A DNA stretch of 60,442 nt from a candidate division WOR-3 bacterium. Lineage in GTDB: Bacteria > Hydrothermota > Tepidihabitantia > B3-TA06. Each line of letters opens with the position of its first letter. The stretch's first letter is position 1. A program made the position numbers and the translations under genes. Where the stretch lies: positions 1 to 60,442 of the forward strand of contig CBFGKC010000011.1 in NCBI GenBank assembly GCA_965649265.1, read 5' to 3'. The notes beneath the pieces are model-generated. The model ran no database searches. It was not told where the DNA came from and saw only the letters and a list, made by a program, of their open reading frames with translations. Shown here piece after piece: positions 53,666-60,442 of this stretch.

Positions 53666-55530
53666 AAATTCTGGATCGCATCAATACGCCTTCGGATCTA
53701 AAGGCCTTGAGTCTTGAAGAGTTAAACGAACTGGCGGCCGACATAAGGGAACGCATCCTGGAGGTAACGAGCAGGAACGGCGGTCACGTTGCGCCCAATC
53801 TCGGGGTCGTCGAATTGACCATCGCGCTGCATTACGTGTTCGATGCTCCGCAGGACAAGATAATCTGGGACGTGGGACATCAGTGTTACACGCACAAGCT
53901 CCTGACCGGGAGAAAAGATCGTTTCGATTCGTTAAGGCAGCACGGCGGCATAAGCGGTTTTCCCAAGCGAGAGGAAAGCGAATACGACGTTTTCGACACC
54001 GGTCATGCCGGCACCTCACTCTCCGCCGCATTCGGCCTTGCAAAGGCACGCGACATCAGGCGGGAGAGATTCAACATCGTGGCCGTGATAGGCGACGGTT
54101 CCATAATAAACGGCATGGCTCTTGAGGCTTTAAATCATCTTGGAACTTCCCAGAGCAAGATGATAGTCGTTCTCAACGACAACGCCATGTCTATTGCGCG
54201 CAACACGGGGGCGCTTTCGGTTTACCTGAACAAGCTCACGACCACGAAATTCTACCAGCGTTTAAGAGCGAGGGTGTGGGATTTTCTCGGTCATTTCTTC
54301 AGGGGAAGAGGCGACTATTTACGCGGCCTGGCACGCCGTCTTGAACGAGGAATCAAGGGCATTCTCACACCGGGCGCGTTCTTTGAAAACCTCGGGTTTC
54401 ACTACGTGGGACCGCTCGAGGGACACAACATGAAGGAACTGGTCTTCTTTTTCAAGAGGCTCAAGGAAATTGACGGGCCCGTTCTCGTTCACGTCGCCAC
54501 CGAAAAGGGACATGGATTCAAAGGAGCTATCGAGAACCCGGAGCTTTTCCACGGGGTGGGTCCCTTCGACCGTGAAACGTGTTCCATTGCCTCAAGCAAA
54601 ACTGAAAGTTATTCAGACTTCTTCGGGTGTACCCTTGTGGAGATGGCCCAAAAAGACAAGCGGATCGTCGCCATCACCGCAGGAATGACACTCGGAACAG
54701 GCCTCAGCTTGTTTCGCGAGGCCTTCCCGGACAGATTCTTCGACTTCGGAATCTCCGAAGAGCACTGCGCAACGTTTGCAGCCGGCCTTTCGCTTCGCGG
54801 ACTCAAACCGGTCTACGCCGTTTACTCGACTTTTTTGCAAAGAGCTTTCGATCAACTCGTTCACGATATTGCCCTGCAAAAACTTCCCGTGGTTTTTGCA
54901 GTAGACCGCAGCGGTCTTGTGGGCGCCGACGGCCCCACTCACCACGGCGTTTTCGACATTTCATACCTGCGCATGATTCCGAATATGGTCGTGGCAGCGC
55001 CCAGGGACGAGGCCGAACTCAGGGATTTGCTTTACACTGCCATCAACTACGACAAGGGTCCATTTGCCATACGCTACCCTCGCGCTCAGGTCCAGGGCGT
55101 TGACCTTTCCCGGGATCCTCTGCCAATACCTGTAGGGTCATGGGAAGTTCTTTCAAAGGGTTCAAGGGTTGCGGTACTCGGTCTGGGGAGGGGGGTAGCG
55201 ATAAGCCGGGCGGCCTTGAAACTTCTTGATAAACGGCGGCCGACCCTCGTCAACGCGCGGTTCGTGAAGCCTATTGATGAAAAGCTTCTTTTAAAGCTCG
55301 CAAGGTCCCATTCCGCATTAATCACGGTTGAAGAGAATGCTCTTGCCGGGGGATTCGGCTCGGCGGTTCTTGAATGTCTCAGGGATTTGGGCGTATCGCT
55401 GCCTGTTATAAGGCTCGGCTTGCCGGACAGATTTATTGAACACGGGGCTATCGACAGCCTTTTGTCCGAGAACGGGGTGGACGCCGTGGGTGTTGCTCGT
55501 GCCGTTAAAAATATATGGGGGAAGAGATGA
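53662..55530 (+). CDS. dxs: 1-deoxy-D-xylulose-5-phosphate synthase
   Basis: GGH..PNLGVVELT, WDVGHQ, IGDG, LNDN, YSTFLQRAFDQ, DGPTHHG. Confidence 0.97.
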   Translation: MKILDRINTPSDLKALSLEELNELAADIRERILEVTSRNGGHVAPNLGVVELTIALHYVFDAPQDKIIWDVGHQCYTHKLLTGRKDRFDSLRQHGGISGFPKREESEYDVFDTGHAGTSLSAAFGLAKARDIRRERFNIVAVIGDGSIINGMALEALNHLGTSQSKMIVVLNDNAMSIARNTGALSVYLNKLTTTKFYQRLRARVWDFLGHFFRGRGDYLRGLARRLERGIKGILTPGAFFENLGFHYVGPLEGHNMKELVFFFKRLKEIDGPVLVHVATEKGHGFKGAIENPELFHGVGPFDRETCSIASSKTESYSDFFGCTLVEMAQKDKRIVAITAGMTLGTGLSLFREAFPDRFFDFGISEEHCATFAAGLSLRGLKPVYAVYSTFLQRAFDQLVHDIALQKLPVVFAVDRSGLVGADGPTHHGVFDISYLRMIPNMVVAAPRDEAELRDLLYTAINYDKGPFAIRYPRAQVQGVDLSRDPLPIPVGSWEVLSKGSRVAVLGLGRGVAISRAALKLLDKRRPTLVNARFVKPIDEKLLLKLARSHSALITVEENALAGGFGSAVLECLRDLGVSLPVIRLGLPDRFIEHGAIDSLLSENGVDAVGVARAVKNIWGKR

Positions 55531-58500
55531 GTCTTGTTTTTACATTCCTGGTTTTTGTACAAATGCAGGGTTCGGCGGATCAGAACTTCGGAGTAAAAGT
55601 AAAGCCCAGAGTAGACTACGATGCCGGGCTCGTTTACTATGAAAAATGGCTCGATTCCCTGTACATGGGATTGGACAGCATTTCCTCTCTTGATTCTTAT
55701 CTTTCGTCCGCCGAGAGAGAGCTTTCGCTCGAAGCATTCAAGCAGAATCTCAGGGATAAGGCCAAGCAAAACGAGAGCCAGGAGGTTGAGGGTATTATAC
55801 CTGACATCAATATTCAAATGGGCAAGGAAAAGACTGAAATTAAAATAAGCGGTCAGGACAAGATCACCCTTGGTACAACAACACAATTCCGGAAAGGTGT
55901 CAGAGATACCTCAACTACGTTTACGCCCGTTCCAAAGCAAGAGCTTAACGTCTCCGTAAAAGGAACAATAGCGCGCAAGACCGAAGTGGTCATTGATCAC
56001 AACTCCGTCGGCGATGATTTCTTCAACAACAACAAAGTAAGACTCAGTTACAAGGGCGACGAGGACGAAATCGTTAAGAAAATAGAGGCCGGCGACGTCT
56101 CGCTTAACCTTCCTTCGAGACAGTCTCTTCCTTCACATCAGGGACTATTCGGGATAAACGGCCAATTCAAACTCGGCCCGGTGGATTTGTATGCGGTTGC
56201 TTCCCGTGAACAGGCACAGGGGGGAGAGAAAGAGTTTAACGGAATAACTGAGCATTTTCAGGGTGATATCCAGGATTATAATTTCGTAAACTATAAGTAT
56301 TTTTACGTCTTTTACGATTCGCTGCGCGAATCACTTATAGCCAAAAAAGACAGTGTGCTTGGCTCCTTCCTGGTTTACGGTACGACTCCCCCGACAAGCG
56401 GTACGACTACTTCTCTTAAGTGGAGAGGTCTGGTAAGCACAAATCCGGGAGATACATTGAATGTGGCTGACAATGACAAAGAGAACGCAGGCCCTTTCTA
56501 TTTGTACCAGGAGGGGGTCGATTATACAATACGAAATAATATCGGCAACCGGTTAAATGCCATCATAGAGCTTAACAGCTCCTTGTCCTCTGGTGAAATA
56601 CTGGCGGTAGAATGTTCCACGAGCGTTACAGGTAAGATTGGCACAAGCACACTTCCCTATTCCCATCCAGATTCGTCTGGAAAGGCGAACTTCCTTGTCG
56701 TTTGGGGCAGCACTCCCGATTCCTCTCGCAAGTATTGGGATAACATGATTCGAAATCGCTATTACATGCCAGGAAGCTTTGCGGAACTCAGTCAGGTCAA
56801 TCTGAAAATTTTACGTTACGATCCATCGGGTACATCAGACGGTTACATAGACAAAAACGCGGATGAGGTGCAGTATTCTGAATTGCTGGAGATGTCGGAT
56901 TCCACCAACATACACATCTTGAAACCGATTGAAAAAGAGCTGGGTCTTCTCGTTTTTGACCAGGATAAACCTTTCCTCGATAAGGTTCTAAGCCCTGATA
57001 CGGCTCATGCCATTTATTACAGCAATTCTTCAAGCGTGCAGGGTAAATACGTCATCCGTTATGACTATTACGCGCTGACGAGGAGTTTTTCTCTGGTTCC
57101 ATTCCTGCTGGATTCAAGCGTAACCGTCAAGGTCAAGATGAGCGGACCCTGGACGACTCTAGAAGAAGGAAAACAGTTTTCGGTCGATTACGATGCGGGG
57201 GTCGTGACCTTGATGGACGATTATGTCAAAGCGAACGAGTCGGCGCTGAAGACCGCAACCATCAAGATTACTTATGAGGGTAAAACAATTTTTGCGCTCG
57301 ATACCAAATCACTTCTTGGGGTAAGGGCGGAGAGCGAATTCCTGAAGGGGGTAAAGCTGGGAACTGATTTGCTTTTCAGGGCGGTCGGGTTCTCGTCCGA
57401 CGCGAAACCAGTTCTCGGAATGGAGCCGTTTTCCAGGACTGTAGGCGATGTTGACCTTTCGGTGGAACGCAAGCTGGATTTCCTTACAAAGTGGGTTGAC
57501 CGTTTGCCGTTGGTAACGACTGAAGCTCCGTCAAAATTCAATATGGTCGCCTATTCATCGCTTTCAATACCCAACCCTAATACTCATCAATCCAATTCAG
57601 TCTGGGTTGAGGATTTTGAGCAGGGAATTCTTGAAACCCACACCGTAAGTCTGAGCAATATAAAGCATTGGTATCCGACCAGCAGACCTTTGGATTCCAC
57701 GAGTACCCCAAAGGATACCTCCCTGTATTCTCGTAACAGACCTATCTGGCATTTGTCCGACCCCTTTGAACCGCGCGAGAAAATATACGGAGAAGATCTA
57801 TCAAACGTACCGATAGGCTCACGAACAACAGACCAGTCGTTTGTAATATCGTGGAAACCGGAAGCACCTGAATACTGGAGCGGCATCATCGGGGGCAGTT
57901 CGGATTTCATCCCGCTTGACATCACTGAGGCACAAAACCTTGAAATTATCATGAAGCCCGGAAACGCCAAGGGTGTGATTCATTTCGATTTCGGCTCCGA
58001 AATCGACCAGGATCAGCTCAGATTGAACAAGCAAGGAGAGATCACGGGTCTTGGACATCTGGATACCGAAGATCCAAGCCAGCTTTACGAATCCAATACG
58101 ACAGATATAGGGCTGGATTACGTGGAAGGTGTCGATTCCCTGAACGTTTCGGGAGACGATGGAAACGACGATTATCAGAATGAGGCAAAGGAACCAAGGT
58201 ACAATCCTAATGGAACCGAGGGAAATGGCTTTCTTGATACTGAAGAACTGAGACACAAGGCGTTTTCCAGTAAAAACGCTTACCTTGAGTTTGATCTCGA
58301 TTTTCAGGATCAGGATTTCTTTGCAAAACACGTGGAGCCTCTCGGGAAAGAAGGCTGGATAAGGGTGAGTGTTCCAGTCAATGATACGTCATTCTACAGA
58401 GTTTTCGGTTCACCCAACAGGGCGGCACTGAGTCTTTTCAGGATATGGTTTGAAGGCATGCAGGATTCAACCAATTTGGAAATATACTCATGGAAATTTC

Positions 58501-60442
58501 AGGGGAACAAGTGGAGGAGCCCGAAAGTATTTGCAGATAATTTTGCTGCGGATACAACCATAGATACTCTCACGGAACGTGTCTTCATAGACCTTATAGG
58601 AACCAGGACGGACACTTTGTACGTGCCGCCTTTTGCCCTGAAATACAATTCCAACAATGAGAAAGAAGAAGACAATTCTCTCAAGATGACTTACGACAGC
58701 ATTGCTCCGAATCATGCAACAGCCGTCACCCGCACCGATTACCAGGTTTCGGATTTCAGAAGTTACCAGCGTATAAAATTCTACGTTCACAACGATTCCA
58801 ACTACCTTGCCGACGACCCTAGTTTTTACTTCCGCATGGGTAGCGATTCAACAGCCTACTATGAGTTTCGCAGTCCTATTTCAAAAGGAACGCTTCCTTC
58901 GGGAACCAGTGATCCGTTATGGAGAGAGTTTGTATGTAACCTTGCCGACTTAGTAGCTCTTAAGATTGAGCTTAAAGATTCAATGGTGTTGGATAGTCAA
59001 GTAAATATAAAATATTCCCTGGATTCTAACATGATTGTTCGGGGACTGCCTTCATTCTCTCGCATAAACTATTATCAGATTGGCATCGTTAACGCTGCAA
59101 AGACCACGCCGATATCGGGTCAAGTTTGGTTTGATGACGTGCGACTTGAGGGTCCATATCGAGAAATAGGCTCCAAAGCAGACGTAAGCGCCAATCTTAC
59201 CATAGCAGATCTTGCGACCGTCACGGGGTCGTATTCTGTTGGAGACGGAAAGTTTGTCGACTTTTCCTCCTCCCAGGGGCCGCGAACCACGGGCAGCAAT
59301 TCGAGTTACGCGCTGGGGTCTTCTCTGAATCTCGACAAGCTCGGGATCGAGAAACTTGGATTCAAGTTGCCGGTTAATGCGGGATTAAGTCACAGCGAGA
59401 ACATCCCAAGATACCTGGCTGAGACTCCGGACCAGATAGTCGATTCCACCCAGTACGACACCGTCCGGGGACGCAGCGATGAAAAGAATGTTTCCTTCTC
59501 GTTGAGTCACCCACAATCCACAAATCGTATCCTGCAGTATACCCTTGACGGAATAACAGGTTCAGCCAATTTCAAGACGAGCGGCTCCGAGACCAATGCC
59601 GGCCTTGCCAGGGACACCTCGTTTATTCAGAACTATGCACTGGCCTACAGGGTGAATCCCGATCTTTCCTTCAAGCTGTTTAAAGAAGACATACATTATT
59701 TCCCAGGCTCGATTAACCTTTCAGCAAATTTCGACAAAACGAATACTTGTGATTCGACGAGACGGACGACCAATGATACTTCCTGGACTGTGAATAAGCC
59801 AAACAACACGGCCCTGTCACTCAGGGGGGGGACCTCTTTCACCCCCATCAAGTACCTGCCCCTCAATGCCGATTACAACGAAACCAGGGCTGTGAATTCG
59901 GATCGTGAGCTTTCGCGTATGTTTTTGATGGATCAGTACTACAGAACCCTCAGTCTCGGTGCATCGACGAGCAACATCAGTTTCGGTTCATTCGGCAGCC
60001 CGTCAGTCAGTGCATCAAGTGCCTTTACTGAGGATAAGTCTGCAAATCTTACCTCGCAGTTTGGTCAGTACTGGGATAATCCTGACACAAGGAATATTCC
60101 GGGTAAAGATCAATACGATGTGGATATAGGCGTGAGGAACATTGGAAATCAGGGTTCGATCCGTCTGGGATGGTCGTCTTTCGATCTTCACGGGATCATC
60201 AAAAAAGCAGGCGACCGGGCACAAAAGCGGAGAGAAGAGCGGCAAAGCATTGCCGACTCACTGGCTTTAGCCGATACCTTGCCCAGCGATGAAACTGACG
60301 AAATGGTGCTTGATTCGCTTCTCGCCGATACATTGACTGATTCGCTTGCCCGGGACACGAGCGAAAATCTTCAAAACCAGCCTCCGCCTAAAGTAAAACG
60401 CAGTCTTTTTGAGGTTCTTGAAATTGCTACGAAATTCATACA
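55527..60442 (+). CDS. sprA: SprA-like T9SS outer-membrane translocon (3' end beyond the window)
   Basis: ATGA overlap with dxs. My translation gives NKVRLSYKGDEDEIVKKIEAGDVSLNLP..GLFGINGQFKLG. The ORF track lists no closed ORF in this frame, consistent with an open frame to the edge. Confidence 0.85.
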   Translation, partial: MSLVFTFLVFVQMQGSADQNFGVKVKPRVDYDAGLVYYEKWLDSLYMGLDSISSLDSYLSSAERELSLEAFKQNLRDKAKQNESQEVEGIIPDINIQMGKEKTEIKISGQDKITLGTTTQFRKGVRDTSTTFTPVPKQELNVSVKGTIARKTEVVIDHNSVGDDFFNNNKVRLSYKGDEDEIVKKIEAGDVSLNLPSRQSLPSHQGLFGINGQFKLGPVDLYAVASREQAQGGEKEFNGITEHFQGDIQDYNFVNYKYFYVFYDSLRESLIAKKDSVLGSFLVYGTTPPTSGTTTSLKWRGLVSTNPGDTLNVADNDKENAGPFYLYQEGVDYTIRNNIGNRLNAIIELNSSLSSGEILAVECSTSVTGKIGTSTLPYSHPDSSGKANFLVVWGSTPDSSRKYWDNMIRNRYYMPGSFAELSQVNLKILRYDPSGTSDGYIDKNADEVQYSELLEMSDSTNIHILKPIEKELGLLVFDQDKPFLDKVLSPDTAHAIYYSNSSSVQGKYVIRYDYYALTRSFSLVPFLLDSSVTVKVKMSGPWTTLEEGKQFSVDYDAGVVTLMDDYVKANESALKTATIKITYEGKTIFALDTKSLLGVRAESEFLKGVKLGTDLLFRAVGFSSDAKPVLGMEPFSRTVGDVDLSVERKLDFLTKWVDRLPLVTTEAPSKFNMVAYSSLSIPNPNTHQSNSVWVEDFEQGILETHTVSLSNIKHWYPTSRPLDSTSTPKDTSLYSRNRPIWHLSDPFEPREKIYGEDLSNVPIGSRTTDQSFVISWKPEAPEYWSGIIGGSSDFIPLDITEAQNLEIIMKPGNAKGVIHFDFGSEIDQDQLRLNKQGEITGLGHLDTEDPSQLYESNTTDIGLDYVEGVDSLNVSGDDGNDDYQNEAKEPRYNPNGTEGNGFLDTEELRHKAFSSKNAYLEFDLDFQDQDFFAKHVEPLGKEGWIRVSVPVNDTSFYRVFGSPNRAALSLFRIWFEGMQDSTNLEIYSWKFQGNKWRSPKVFADNFAADTTIDTLTERVFIDLIGTRTDTLYVPPFALKYNSNNEKEEDNSLKMTYDSIAPNHATAVTRTDYQVSDFRSYQRIKFYVHNDSNYLADDPSFYFRMGSDSTAYYEFRSPISKGTLPSGTSDPLWREFVCNLADLVALKIELKDSMVLDSQVNIKYSLDSNMIVRGLPSFSRINYYQIGIVNAAKTTPISGQVWFDDVRLEGPYREIGSKADVSANLTIADLATVTGSYSVGDGKFVDFSSSQGPRTTGSNSSYALGSSLNLDKLGIEKLGFKLPVNAGLSHSENIPRYLAETPDQIVDSTQYDTVRGRSDEKNVSFSLSHPQSTNRILQYTLDGITGSANFKTSGSETNAGLARDTSFIQNYALAYRVNPDLSFKLFKEDIHYFPGSINLSANFDKTNTCDSTRRTTNDTSWTVNKPNNTALSLRGGTSFTPIKYLPLNADYNETRAVNSDRELSRMFLMDQYYRTLSLGASTSNISFGSFGSPSVSASSAFTEDKSANLTSQFGQYWDNPDTRNIPGKDQYDVDIGVRNIGNQGSIRLGWSSFDLHGIIKKAGDRAQKRREERQSIADSLALADTLPSDETDEMVLDSLLADTLTDSLARDTSENLQNQPPPKVKRSLFEVLEIATKFI

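Noticed and set aside
51871-55530. Absence of xseA/xseB between folD and ispA
   Set aside because: This is ordinary gene-order variation.
55540-60245. Short ORFs listed over the last 5 kb
   Set aside because: They are shadow ORFs of the long sprA-like frame.

Overview
This is a 60-kb chromosomal window from a diderm, probably anaerobic bacterium. SprA plus type IX secretion (T9SS) cargo suggests an FCB-related lineage such as WOR-3/TA06; this is an inference. 1-19.5 kb is an accessory region with five divergent HicA-like small proteins (no HicB seen), a duplicated structured ~90-nt 5' leader, a secreted TldD/TldE pair, lipoproteins and beta-propellers, and several unannotated microproteins including two tandem Zn-ribbon peptides. 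19.6-32.6 kb is a redox cluster (NuoE/F/G-like, two HdrA-like, two MvhD-like, FlxC/FlxB-like) with no catalytic hydrogenase or formate dehydrogenase subunit, no HdrBC and no intact FlxA. 34-60 kb holds housekeeping and envelope genes: lysS-lolE-lolD-mcsA-mcsB-thiL, T9SS cargos, thiC-aminotransferase-trpS, a TonB receptor with two lipoproteins, and folD-ispA-dxs-sprA (sprA runs off the window). Across the window there are at least four dispersed REP-like or micro-repeat families, some read in-frame inside genes. About 20 sigma70-type promoters have a 16-bp rather than 17-bp spacer, and several appear to give leaderless mRNAs. I found no rRNA, tRNA, CRISPR array or transposase. All family calls are by motif recognition only; no searches were run.
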